From positions 946-63,587 of the forward strand of contig CAZRQU010000004.1 in the NCBI GenBank assembly GCA_964602485.1: 62,642 nt of DNA, in the 5' to 3' direction. The notes beneath the pieces are model-generated. The model ran no database searches. It was not told the origin of the DNA and saw only the letters and a list, made by a program, of their open reading frames with translations. Position numbers and translations under genes: made by a program. Source of the DNA: an uncultured Gammaproteobacteria bacterium (GTDB taxonomy: Bacteria > Patescibacteriota > Patescibacteriia > Patescibacteriales > WJLG01). Below are positions 52,440 through 61,428 of this stretch, piece by piece; the stretch's first letter is position 1, and each line of letters begins with the position of its first letter.

Positions 52440-53309
52440 ATGAGAGAAAGAATAAGTCTAACAAGGAGCAAAGACCATTATCAAGGAAGCTTGACCGCTT
52501 TGGAGATGATAGAGGACGAATTGGCACCCAAGATAAAGAAGGCCAAACGTCCGGTCATCAAGATAAACTTTGTTTCTATAAAAGATGAATTGGCGACTAC
52601 GCCGGCAAGGTCGGTAAGGGCGATAGTGGAGTTTATTAGGAAATATAATAGCGAGAGGATATTGATAGTCGAAGAAGCGGTGGTTGGCGGATCTACTTTT
52701 GAAGGCTGGGAAAGATTTGGTTATTCGGACCTGGTTCGTGATCATTTTGGAGTGGAGCTTTTTGATCTCAAAAATGATGATAGAGGTTCGGTTGAGATAT
52801 ATGACCGGGAAATGAAAAGTTTTTCCGTGCCTTTTTCCAAGACCATGCTTGATTCGGATCTTTTAGTATCGGCTACCAGGCCCAAGACCCATGATACGGT
52901 GGTAGCGACCCTGTCCGGCAAGAATGTGGCAGTTGGCGGGATCATCGATCCGGACAATAAAGTAAGGATACATAAAGGCAAGGCTATTCATAGGAGTTTA
53001 GTTTCCATTTTGGATAATTGTCCGCCTCACCTGTGTCTATTGGACGGTACCGTCGGTATGGAAGGACAGGGGCCGGGAGATGGAGAGCCTATATATTCCG
53101 GCTGGACGGCGGCCGGAGTTAATTGGCTGGCTATCGATACTTTAGGTGCTTGTCTGATGGGTTTTAATATAGATGATATAGGTTATCTGTCTTTGGCCGA
53201 AGGCGTTAAATATCCTAGCGAGGTAGAGGTAGTAGGTGAAGATCCAAAAAATTTAATAAAAAAATTCAAACCGCATAGCGGTTTTAAGAAACAAATAAAA
53301 TGGAAATGA
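52440..53309 (+). CDS. DUF362 domain protein
   Basis: PVIKINFVS.., TRPKTHDTVVATLSGKNV, LLDGTVGMEGQGP as in DUF362. Confidence 0.75.
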   Translation: MRERISLTRSKDHYQGSLTALEMIEDELAPKIKKAKRPVIKINFVSIKDELATTPARSVRAIVEFIRKYNSERILIVEEAVVGGSTFEGWERFGYSDLVRDHFGVELFDLKNDDRGSVEIYDREMKSFSVPFSKTMLDSDLLVSATRPKTHDTVVATLSGKNVAVGGIIDPDNKVRIHKGKAIHRSLVSILDNCPPHLCLLDGTVGMEGQGPGDGEPIYSGWTAAGVNWLAIDTLGACLMGFNIDDIGYLSLAEGVKYPSEVEVVGEDPKNLIKKFKPHSGFKKQIKWK

Positions 53310-53593
53310 TCTTTGATACGAACACATTGATATTGGCTTCGGTCTATTTGGTTATGAATATGGCCGCTTTCATTTATATGGGTTTGGACAAGGCTCAGGC
53401 CATAAATAAAGGCAGGCGGATCCCAGAAGCCCAATTGCTTTTCCTTTCCATTTGTTTTTGCGCCTTGGGTGTTTGGCTGGGCATGAGCTTTTTTAGGCAC
53501 AAGACCAGGAAGATATATTTTTCCTTAGGAGCGCCCTTGGCGCTGGCCGAGAACCTTAGTTTGATATATTTGATATACATTTTTATCGTTTAA
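53300..53593 (+). CDS. DUF1294 membrane protein
   Basis: AAFIYMGLDKAQAINKGRRIPEAQLLFLSICFCALGVWLGMSFFRHKTRK matches DUF1294. A hairpin terminator follows (aaactgcc/ggcagttt, ~53634-53665). Confidence 0.75.
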   Translation: MEMIFDTNTLILASVYLVMNMAAFIYMGLDKAQAINKGRRIPEAQLLFLSICFCALGVWLGMSFFRHKTRKIYFSLGAPLALAENLSLIYLIYIFIV

Positions 53594-53668
53594 GTTTTTC
53601 AAGGTTTTCATCCACCATCCGTTTACGCAAAACAAAACTGCCCCATTGAGAGGCAGTTTGTTTTACGT

Positions 53669-53689
53669 GAGCAGGTAGGGGGAATCGAA
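53669..53689 (-). repeat. Duplicated 3' fragment of tRNA-Gly (att-like)
   Basis: gagcaggtagggggaatcgaa matches 20 of 21 nt of the 3' end of the tRNA gene (53851-53871). The complementary T-stem strand is absent, so it is not a functional tRNA. Confidence 0.6.
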
Positions 53690-53851
53690 GGGGCGGGAGC
53701 CCCACGACAAGTCGATTAACGTTAGTTTTTTATATATGATAATTGCTTTCAAGCAACCTTTTGTTTTAAATTATAGTTCTACCACCTCGGGTTCGATCAA
53801 TCCATTACCACTCCAAAAAGAAAACACCCCTTATCGGGGCGTTTCTTTTTG

Positions 53852-53923
53852 AGCGGGTAGGGGGAATCGAACCCCCATGTTCAGCTTGGAAGGCTGACGT
53901 AATAGCCATTATACCATACCCGC
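53852..53923 (-). tRNA. tRNA-Gly (anticodon UCC)
   Basis: GCGGGTA TG GTAT AATGGCT ATTAC G TCAGC CTTCCAA GCTGA ACAT GGGGG TTCGATT CCCCC TACCCGC T. Cloverleaf with anticodon TCC and no encoded CCA. Coordinates are anchored to the overlapping track ORF frame. Confidence 0.9.
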
Positions 53924-54027
53924 AAAATGAATTTTTAATTTTAAATAACTTTGATAAAAAATAAAATCGCTTCAAATAAGCAATCTTAAGAATAAATATA
54001 GCAATTATTTTTATAAAAATCAAGTTT

Positions 54028-54894
54028 TTAACTTTCTTTTATTTCTTTTACTCCTGCCTCTTTTTCTAAGGCGGTATCGGTTTCTGGTTCAACCCCTTTT
54101 TTCTTCCCTTTCCAAAAGATATAAATGATACAAGCGATCACTATGATGATACTGGCTATCTGCGGCCAACGCAAGCCTAACATTTGAGGAGTCCTGTCTA
54201 TCCTTATGAATTCCATTGAGAATCTTAGGATGGAATACATCATCAAGTAGGCAACCATTATGATATCGTAGTCCTTTCGGCTTTTTTTGAAGAAGTGCAG
54301 GAGCAAGAAAAGCAATACAGCGAATATTGCCAGATTACCCAATGATTCATAAAGGAATGTAGGGTGGAAGTATTCACTGCTGATATAGCGGTGGGGCCGT
54401 TTAAGTATGTCTATCGGTATGCCCCAGGGTAAATTAGTTGGATATCCGAAAAGTTCTTGATTGAAGTAGTTGCCCCAACGGCCAATGGCTTGCCCTAGAG
54501 CTAGTCCAGGAGCGATAATGGCCGCAGTGAGCCAAAAATTCATTTTTTGTTTTTTGCAGAAGATGAACACCGTGATCAGTCCGGCGATCATTGCGCCATG
54601 AATAGCCAGGCCACCTTCCCATATCTTTATGATGTCCAACGGGTGTTTAAGATAATAACCCGTCTCTAAGAATACATGATAAGCCCTAGCGCCGACAATG
54701 CCGAATATTATTAGCCAAAAGGCCAGATCAAATATATCATTTTGAGATATATTAACTTTTTTTGCTAATTTTAAGGCAATACTTAAAGCGGATAGAATGC
54801 CGGCCACGATAAATAATCCATACCAATATATATGGACCGGGCCCAAGGATATTACGGTGGTGGATGGTTGATAATTGTGAAGAAAATCTATCAT
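54028..54894 (-). CDS. lgt: Prolipoprotein diacylglyceryl transferase
   Basis: IYWYGLFIVAGI, GARAYHV, GGLAIHGA, GRWGNYFNQELFG. Confidence 0.9.
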   Translation of the reverse strand: MIDFLHNYQPSTTVISLGPVHIYWYGLFIVAGILSALSIALKLAKKVNISQNDIFDLAFWLIIFGIVGARAYHVFLETGYYLKHPLDIIKIWEGGLAIHGAMIAGLITVFIFCKKQKMNFWLTAAIIAPGLALGQAIGRWGNYFNQELFGYPTNLPWGIPIDILKRPHRYISSEYFHPTFLYESLGNLAIFAVLLFLLLHFFKKSRKDYDIIMVAYLMMYSILRFSMEFIRIDRTPQMLGLRWPQIASIIIVIACIIYIFWKGKKKGVEPETDTALEKEAGVKEIKES

Positions 54895-55010
54895 ATCTTT
54901 TTTGTGTATATAATTATAGGGCTATTTTGCTTTTTTTGCAAATCTTAGATGTTAATAAGGCCTTTTTTGTGTTATAATTCTATTAAGGATATAAAAATAA
55001 AAAAAGATAT

Positions 55011-56090
55011 ATGGTAAATTTGAATGATATAAATGTCTATAAGAAGTTCGACCAGAGTCAAGTGGCTGAGTCTATCTGTCTTTTGGCCGATCAAATAGAA
55101 CAGACTTGGGTGGATTCCAAGGTCATTTCATTGCCCGCTTCTTATAAAAAGGACATCAACAAAGTGGTTGTGAACGGAATGGGCGGTTCCAATCTTAGTT
55201 TCCGCATCATCCAATCGGTCTTTAAGGAAGAATTGAAGGTGCCGGTGATCATTGATCCCGGTTATGAGGTTCCTGGTTTCGTGGACAAGAACACTTTGTA
55301 TATAATATCTTCTTATTCAGGCAATACAGAAGAACCATTAAGTGTTTACGAGCAAGCTAAGAAGAAGAAAGCCAAAATAATGGCCATAACCGCCAAGGGA
55401 ATAAATAATCAATTGGAAGACCTGATGGAAAAAGATAAGATACCCGGGTTTGTCTTCGAACCGGAGAACAATCCTTCAAGACAGCCTAGGATGGGCTTGG
55501 GTTATGCTATTTTTGGAGCTATCAGATTTCTTTCCAAGGCCGGTTTACTAAAGATGACCAGCCAGACCGCCAGAGAAGTAGTGGCCGGTATCAAGGGAAG
55601 AAATCCTTTTTGGAACGTCAATGTTAAAACTCGACGGAATCTTCCTAAAAAAATGGCTTATAGGTTCCACGGCAAGAGTATAGTTCTGGTTGGCAGTGAA
55701 TTTTTGGAAGGCAATATACATACTTTAAGGAATCAAATAAATGAAAGCGGTAAGAATATGTCCCTTTATTTGATATCACCGGACATGAACCATTATGCTC
55801 TTGAAGGAATGGAAAATCCAAAAGGCCTTAAGGATGATCTTATGTTCTTGTTCTTCGATTCCGAACTTTATCATGAGCGTACGCAAAAGAGGAATGCTTT
55901 GGTAAAGCAACTTTTGAAACAGAAAGGTATTCCTTATCAAAATATAAAATTATCCTCTCGTATAAGATCGGCTCAATCTTTGGAGGTTTTACAATTCGGA
56001 AGCTGGTTCAGTTTCTATTTGGGGCTTTTGAACGGTGTTGACCCGGCACAGATACCTTGGGTTGATTGGTTCAAGAGAAGACTGGGCTGA
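55011..56090 (+). CDS. Bifunctional phosphoglucose/phosphomannose isomerase (SIS domain)
   Basis: VVNGMGGSNLS, IISSYSGNTEE and the C-terminal PGI/PMI-type domain. About 360 aa. Confidence 0.8.
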   Translation: MVNLNDINVYKKFDQSQVAESICLLADQIEQTWVDSKVISLPASYKKDINKVVVNGMGGSNLSFRIIQSVFKEELKVPVIIDPGYEVPGFVDKNTLYIISSYSGNTEEPLSVYEQAKKKKAKIMAITAKGINNQLEDLMEKDKIPGFVFEPENNPSRQPRMGLGYAIFGAIRFLSKAGLLKMTSQTAREVVAGIKGRNPFWNVNVKTRRNLPKKMAYRFHGKSIVLVGSEFLEGNIHTLRNQINESGKNMSLYLISPDMNHYALEGMENPKGLKDDLMFLFFDSELYHERTQKRNALVKQLLKQKGIPYQNIKLSSRIRSAQSLEVLQFGSWFSFYLGLLNGVDPAQIPWVDWFKRRLG

Positions 56091-56096
56091 ATTGGT

Positions 56097-56286
56097 TTGA
56101 CAATCACTGATATTTTGCTATATAATCATAACATATGAATTTTTCTCAAAGCGCCAACATTATAGACATTATTAGCATTATTGACATTAATGCTATTTCG
56201 TTTTGCGCTTTGAAGAAGATTTGATAGAAAAAAGAAAGTTCATATAAATAAGATCGTCTTCAAAGCAGGGAGGCGATCTTTTATTT
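56097..56286 (+). promoter_or_regulatory. Promoter + leaderless Ile-rich leader ORF (56135-56224) + attenuator
   Basis: TTGACA (56097-56102), N18, TATAAT (56121-56126), with the ATG 8 nt later. Peptide MNFSQSANIIDIISIIDINAISFCALKKI (9 Ile of 29). Segment 56207-56220 (last codons) pairs 13/14 with 56253-56266. That region overlaps the terminator stem 56250-56259/56271-56280 + T-run. Confidence 0.7.
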
Positions 56287-56377
56287 ATATCAAAAGCTCC
56301 GACCTTCGGAGCAATTAACAAGCCCTTTTGAAAATCGATCTTTTCATAAACCCAATCAAAAAGACAAGGAGATCTTT

Positions 56378-58024
56378 ATGCCAAGGTTGTTCAAAGATGT
56401 GACCATTCTTGATACGACTTTCAGAGATGGAACCCAAGGGTTTGCTGAGTCTACCAATCTCGAAGCCGCCATTAAGGCCGTAGGGATGATAGATCGCCTC
56501 GCTTTTCCGGAGATGTTCTTGGAGACAGGCTTTGCTAACAGCACCAGAGGGTTTGACCTGAAGCGGATCAAGCGGTCCATAGAGGTGTGCAGATATTCAC
56601 AAGTGGCGGCCTTTTGCCGTTCGAACAAGGATGATATCGCGCAAGTGATGGAGCTCTGTCCTCCGGCGGTCACTTTAGTTGGAAAATCGCGTCCTCAGGA
56701 TGCGGCCAAGCTCAAAGATTGTTTAGAGCCAAATGACCAGCTTTCCATTATCAAGAAGAATGTTTCCCGCTTGGGCAACATCGTCTTCAATAAGGAGAGC
56801 GGGGACAGGTCCACGGTGATCTTTGATGCCGAGCATTTCTTCACTGCTTATCTGGGCGGTTCAAAAAGCAGGAAATATGCCCAGGAGGTTCTTCGCGCCG
56901 CTTTGGCAGGTGGAGCCAGGTGGGTGGTGCTTTGCGACACTACCGGGGAAGTTGATCCTGTTGATGTCAAAGAGACTATCGAGGATCTTATTCGGTGTGG
57001 ATTCGAAGCCGGTAAGTTGGGAGTCCATTTCCATAATTGTCGAGGATATGCCTTGGCCAACACGGAGATGGCGTTCTCTCTGGGGGTGAGGCACATCCAA
57101 GGTGTTTTTGGTGAGAAGATAGGTGACAATGGAGGCAATCTAAATCTGATCACCTTCATTCTCAATCTTTATTACCAGAACAGAAAGAAAAAGCAGATAC
57201 TCAGAAAGAGCGCCATGAGAACCTTAACTCCTCTTTACCATTCGGTTTGCGCTGCCTTAGGCATGGATCCGGACCCCGGAGCTCCTTATGTGGGACTAAT
57301 GATAGTGAGGGCTGGCATGCATGCTTCCGGGATACGTAAATCAGGAATAAGGAATTATCTGCATTTCGATCCACAAGACGTGGGCAATGAGCTGGTGACC
57401 GGCTTAGACGACATTGGCGGCGGATCTAACATAGAGAAGTGGGCCAATAATCTGGGAGTTGACATACCAAAAGACCAGAAACAGTCGGTTATCGGCCATT
57501 TCCGAAGAGAGATAGAAAGAGGTAAGGCTTATCGAACCCACGCTGTTGATGCCAGCGCCGGATTCCATGCCGAGCTTTTACAAAGCCTCGGTTGGATAAA
57601 GTGTCCGTTCGAAGTGACCTTCTTTCGGACGATGACCGAAATGAAAGCCAACTATGAGCCTTTGAGCGAAGCTCATTTGAGCACTACTCCCGGTTCTGAA
57701 GAAAAGACTTTCCGCCAAGTGGGGAAAGGAGAGGTCAACGCTTCGGAGAATATCCTGCGCGAGGCCTGGTATCGCTACTGCAAAAAGAATTCCAAAAGGA
57801 GGCAGAAACTTAAAAGTATCAAGTTCTTGAATTATGATCATCGGGTATTGGTCTCTTCTGAAGGATCTGGAGCTTCCGTGCGTGTATTCTGTACGTTTAC
57901 CGACGGTCGGCGCGTTTGGACGAGTGTGGGGGTTCACAAAGCCCAAATAATGGCTAGTTGGGAAGCTCTTTATTACGGCTATCTCTATGGCATGCTGGTC
58001 AATGGTCGCTGCAGAAGGAGTTAG
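56378..58024 (+). CDS. cimA: Citramalate synthase-like (LeuA/CimA family, TIGR00977-type) enzyme, divergent
   Basis: AAGGAG RBS. ILDTTFRDGTQG, FDAEHFFTAY, VLCDTTGE, LGVHFHNC, PYVG..AGMHASGI. The C-terminal regulatory domain (GKGEVNASENILREAW..ASVRVFCTF..WTSVGVHKAQIMASWEAL) is collinear with Geobacter-type CimA as I remember it. The Ile-rich leader supports an isoleucine-pathway role. Confidence 0.65.
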   Translation: MPRLFKDVTILDTTFRDGTQGFAESTNLEAAIKAVGMIDRLAFPEMFLETGFANSTRGFDLKRIKRSIEVCRYSQVAAFCRSNKDDIAQVMELCPPAVTLVGKSRPQDAAKLKDCLEPNDQLSIIKKNVSRLGNIVFNKESGDRSTVIFDAEHFFTAYLGGSKSRKYAQEVLRAALAGGARWVVLCDTTGEVDPVDVKETIEDLIRCGFEAGKLGVHFHNCRGYALANTEMAFSLGVRHIQGVFGEKIGDNGGNLNLITFILNLYYQNRKKKQILRKSAMRTLTPLYHSVCAALGMDPDPGAPYVGLMIVRAGMHASGIRKSGIRNYLHFDPQDVGNELVTGLDDIGGGSNIEKWANNLGVDIPKDQKQSVIGHFRREIERGKAYRTHAVDASAGFHAELLQSLGWIKCPFEVTFFRTMTEMKANYEPLSEAHLSTTPGSEEKTFRQVGKGEVNASENILREAWYRYCKKNSKRRQKLKSIKFLNYDHRVLVSSEGSGASVRVFCTFTDGRRVWTSVGVHKAQIMASWEALYYGYLYGMLVNGRCRRS

Positions 58025-58038
58025 TTCTACAAAAGAAT

Positions 58039-58081
58039 ACCGGAGGTCATCGTTTGAATAAACGAGACTTCCGGTTTTTTA
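58039..58081 (+). terminator. Intrinsic terminator
   Basis: accggaggtc..gacttccggt followed by T6. A second long hairpin (aaagcccgaaggaaag/ctttccttcgggcttt) lies at ~58256-58305. Confidence 0.75.
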
Positions 58082-58310
58082 TTTTCATCATTTATGCGGG
58101 CTTTAAAAGTTTGGATATTTATCCTCTTTACAAAAATTATCATATGGTTTAAGATAGATATCAATCCTGCAAGAGAACATTTTATTCTGTACATTGAAGA
58201 AAAGAAAGAGCCGATAAGCAATTAGCAATGTCGTGCCTTAAATACTAACCCCGTGAAAGCCCGAAGGAAAGGTTACCATCAAGGAGAATCTTTCCTTCGG
58301 GCTTTATTTA

Positions 58311-58485
58311 TTGACAACCATTTGTTTAAGGTTTAATATATATTCATATGATACAAATCGCCAAAAAAGAATTATTGTTGAGCTTGTTGTTGGACCTGCC
58401 TAGTCCCGGTGGTTTGTTTATTGATACCTAAAAGATCTTATATAGAGAAAGAACCGCCTGGGATATATCAGGCGGTTCTTTTTTT
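58311..58485 (+). promoter_or_regulatory. Promoter + leaderless Leu-rich leader ORF (58348-58431) + attenuator
   Basis: TTGACA (58311-58316), N17, TAATAT (58334-58339), with the ATG 8 nt later. Peptide MIQIAKKELLLSLLLDLPSPGGLFIDT (8 Leu of 27). ccggtggtt (58406-58414) can pair with aaccgcctgg (58452-58461), the left arm of the terminator gaaccgcctg/caggcggttc + T7 (58451-58485). Confidence 0.7.
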
Positions 58486-58534
58486 GTGTGAAATATGTTC
58501 TTTGTCAATATTAAAACCAAAAAAGGAGGCTGTT

Positions 58535-60214
58535 TTGCATTACTGTTACCCAAACCCAGGGCCAATACCTGACTTTAAAAGACAATGGCCTGATGAAAAG
58601 ATCGTTTCTTGTCCTGCTCTGTGTTCGGTCGATCTGCGCGATGGCAACCAGGCTTTACCCAAGCCGATGACCGTAGAAGAAAAGTTGGAGTATTTCCAAA
58701 TATTGGTCGCTTTGGGCTTCAAGGAGATAGAGGTTGGTTTTCCTTCCGCCAGTCAGGAGGATTATGAGCTGGTTCGACTCTTGATAGAAGGAAGTCATAT
58801 TCCTGACGATGTAAGGATCGGGGTGTTGACCCAGTGTCGAGAGAAATTGATCAAGCGCACTTTCAATTCCCTTAAGGGGGTAAAAAAGGCGACGGTCCAT
58901 GCTTATATCGCTTCATCTGATCTGCATATCGAGAAAGTTTTTTTCTCGTGCCGGGATAAGGTGATCGATAAAGCAGTATTCTATACCGACTTGATCAGTT
59001 CATTGGTTCAGAAGCAAAAAGGATCTGATATCCACTATCAATTCTCTCCTGAAGAGTTCTCTGATTCGGATGTGGATTTTGTTATTCGCCTTTGCTCTAA
59101 GGTTTTTGAAGCTTGGGGTAGGTCGACTTCTGACGAGCCGATGATCATCAATCTTCCGGCTACTGTCGAGAGGGTGATGCCTAATCAGTTCGCTGATATG
59201 GTGGAATATTTCTGCCGTAATTTTCCAGCCAGGGAAAAAGTTGTGGTTTCGGTACATTGTCACAATGATCAGGGGATGGCTGAGGCAGCCACTGAACTGG
59301 CCTTGCTGGCCGGAGCTGATCGGGTAGAAGGCGACCTGTTGGGCAACGGTGAACGTCCGGGCAATGTTTCTTTGATCACTTTGGCCGGTAATCTCCATTC
59401 TCGAGGTATTGATACCGGGTTGAAGGTAGGCTCCTTTTCAGAAGTAGCTAAAAGAGCTTCCAAGCTAATCGGAATTCCTATTCCGGAAAGAGCGCCTTAT
59501 GTGGGAGAATTGGTCTATTCTTCTTTTTCCGGATCGCATCAAGACGCTATCAGGAAGGGATTGAAAGAGCTTGGAAAAGAAAAGGACGGAGTTGTCCTTT
59601 GGAAGGCTCCTTATCTTTTCGGGCGTCCGGAAGATTTTGGCCGCGGCCACAAGAATTTGATCCGGATAAATTCCCAGTCCGGGAAAGGAGGAGTTCGATA
59701 TGTACTGGAGGCAGACCATGGAATAGAGTTGCCGGACGAGATCGCTGAAGAGATGAGGGATGCAATTCAGCTTAATGCCGACTCCAAGAAGGCTGAAATA
59801 AGCAGTCGTGAAGTTTTTGAGGTTTTTGAAAAGGTGTACCTTGACCCAGAAGGACCTTTCAAACTTGAGCGTTATTGGCCTCATCCGGACGAAGAGGACC
59901 CTGATAATATCACTCGCGGAAAAGCGATCATTTCTATGGATGGTCAAAAAAAGATCCTTTACGGAAGAGGCAATGGCCCGATAGATGCTTTTGTGCAAGC
60001 CATATCGGGCGAGGTTGATCTTTCTTTCGAAGTGTCCGGCCTCAAGGAGTATTCCACTTCCAAAGGCAAGGATGCCTCGGCCATTGCTTATGTTCAGGTA
60101 AAGGTTAATGGCAATGGTTTGTTTTGGGGAGCTGGTCTGGGCACCAGTATAGACCAGGCAGCCACACATGCCACTATGGCAGCCATCAACAGGGCTTGCC
60201 GGGCGTATTCTTAA
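58535..60214 (+). CDS. leuA: 2-isopropylmalate synthase (long, actinobacterial-type LeuA)
   Basis: TTG start 5 nt after AAGGAGG (the track ORF begins upstream, inside the attenuator). SVDLRDGNQAL, EIEVGFPSASQ, HCHNDQGMA, GERPGN, plus the C-terminal LeuA dimer/regulatory domain. Confidence 0.9.
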   Translation: MHYCYPNPGPIPDFKRQWPDEKIVSCPALCSVDLRDGNQALPKPMTVEEKLEYFQILVALGFKEIEVGFPSASQEDYELVRLLIEGSHIPDDVRIGVLTQCREKLIKRTFNSLKGVKKATVHAYIASSDLHIEKVFFSCRDKVIDKAVFYTDLISSLVQKQKGSDIHYQFSPEEFSDSDVDFVIRLCSKVFEAWGRSTSDEPMIINLPATVERVMPNQFADMVEYFCRNFPAREKVVVSVHCHNDQGMAEAATELALLAGADRVEGDLLGNGERPGNVSLITLAGNLHSRGIDTGLKVGSFSEVAKRASKLIGIPIPERAPYVGELVYSSFSGSHQDAIRKGLKELGKEKDGVVLWKAPYLFGRPEDFGRGHKNLIRINSQSGKGGVRYVLEADHGIELPDEIAEEMRDAIQLNADSKKAEISSREVFEVFEKVYLDPEGPFKLERYWPHPDEEDPDNITRGKAIISMDGQKKILYGRGNGPIDAFVQAISGEVDLSFEVSGLKEYSTSKGKDASAIAYVQVKVNGNGLFWGAGLGTSIDQAATHATMAAINRACRAYS

Positions 60215-60305
60215 AAATACGCGTTGGGGGGTGATTCGAACACATCATCCCCCTTTTTATTTTATGTTAAAAGTTTCTCCTTTTGAGCATTTGATGCTTT
60301 TGTCC

Positions 60306-60341
60306 AAAAAAAACCGCCTCGAAAATTCGAGGCGGTTTTTG
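60306..60341. terminator. Bidirectional intrinsic terminator
   Basis: aaaccgcctcgaa-aa-ttcgaggcggttt flanked by A and T runs, between convergent genes. Confidence 0.8.
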
Positions 60342-60396
60342 TATTTAGATACATATCCAAATTGCATCTCATTTTTCTCCGCTGGAGAAAAGAAGC

Positions 60397-61428
60397 TTAG
60401 TAGGTTGGAGTACAAACATACGTAAGAGTATTAGTGTACTCACCTGCTTCTTGCAACGCGCTGATCTCAATGGTATAAGCCACGGTAGAAGAACCGACAC
60501 CAGCGGTTGAACCGTCGGCTGGACCATTGTTGTACATGACCTCTAGCGGATCTGTTCCGTAGAGGCCTTTGTAATTTCCTGCTCCAAAGGCAGCTCCAGA
60601 AAGGGTTGAATCTTCAGCAGTAACACCAAAATGTCCATAGGTGTCCGGATCACTCAATGATCCAGAAGGACTATCCCATGCCTGGGCGGTGGTAGAGGCC
60701 GCTTCACCATCAACAAAAGAATTGATAGTAGCACCGGCATCTGAAGTTAGATCCTGATCCTGGAATACGGTTACGGAATATCCGTAAGCCGCGTTAGTTG
60801 ATACTTCTAACCGTTGGCCTAAAGTACTGGAAGAATTCACAGACAAAGTGCCAAAAGCCAAAGTATCGTAAGTTGAACTACCTGTGGTGGTTACACTGTT
60901 GATGACCGTTGAGGTAGCTAGGCCGTCAACATCGAATATCAAGGTTGGGTCAACTGAAGCGGTGACAACGACATGATCTATTATTGCCACAGCAAAGGAA
61001 CCTTTTTCGATCTCGGTTCCGTTCTGCTGCCTAGTGTAAGCATCTATCACATAGCTTCCTCCGGAAGACGGGTTAGTGGTGGTTCCGACAGTGAATGTGT
61101 GAGAGCCGGCGGTCAATCCGCCTGCATAGTGACATTCGATCGTGTTGCCGGTACCGCTAGCCGTTCCTGCTGAAGGACAACCTACATTGCTGGTGGCTAT
61201 ATTCGTGAAATCAGCCGGAAAGACGACTTGAAAATAGCCATTGTTCGGTATGTCCTGAGTAGTTGAAGCTATAATGGTGTGAGTTACATTAGTGGCGCTA
61301 ACGTCAGAGTCGCTGAGCGTATCTTCTACGCTTTGGAAATAATCAGCGCGAGCAGCGAAAGGAGAAACGAGAGCAAAACATACGGCGAGGATCAACCCCA
61401 CCACAGAGTATCTTTTCAATAGATTCAT
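60397..61428 (-). CDS. Secreted Thr/Ser/Gly-rich surface protein (343 aa)
   Basis: Signal peptide ..VSPFAARA. Low-complexity beta-rich sequence (SDSDVSATNVTHTIIASTTQDIPNNGYFQVVFPADF..). No catalytic motif. Confidence 0.55.
   Translation of the reverse strand: MNLLKRYSVVGLILAVCFALVSPFAARADYFQSVEDTLSDSDVSATNVTHTIIASTTQDIPNNGYFQVVFPADFTNIATSNVGCPSAGTASGTGNTIECHYAGGLTAGSHTFTVGTTTNPSSGGSYVIDAYTRQQNGTEIEKGSFAVAIIDHVVVTASVDPTLIFDVDGLATSTVINSVTTTGSSTYDTLAFGTLSVNSSSTLGQRLEVSTNAAYGYSVTVFQDQDLTSDAGATINSFVDGEAASTTAQAWDSPSGSLSDPDTYGHFGVTAEDSTLSGAAFGAGNYKGLYGTDPLEVMYNNGPADGSTAGVGSSTVAYTIEISALQEAGEYTNTLTYVCTPTY

Noticed and set aside
53690-53850. A second tRNA gene next to tRNA-Gly
   Set aside because: Only the 3' 21 nt are duplicated and the 5' T-stem strand is replaced by ggggcgggagcccc. 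No cloverleaf is possible.
59465-60169. 234-aa minus-strand ORF antisense to leuA. Similar antisense ORFs: 7212-7544, 9968-10312, 20802-21143, 25472-25807, 28244-28675, 38907-39314, 51968-52324, 57578-57946
   Set aside because: Each is fully embedded antisense in a CDS with strong family motifs. None has an RBS or a recognisable domain. These are typical shadow ORFs.
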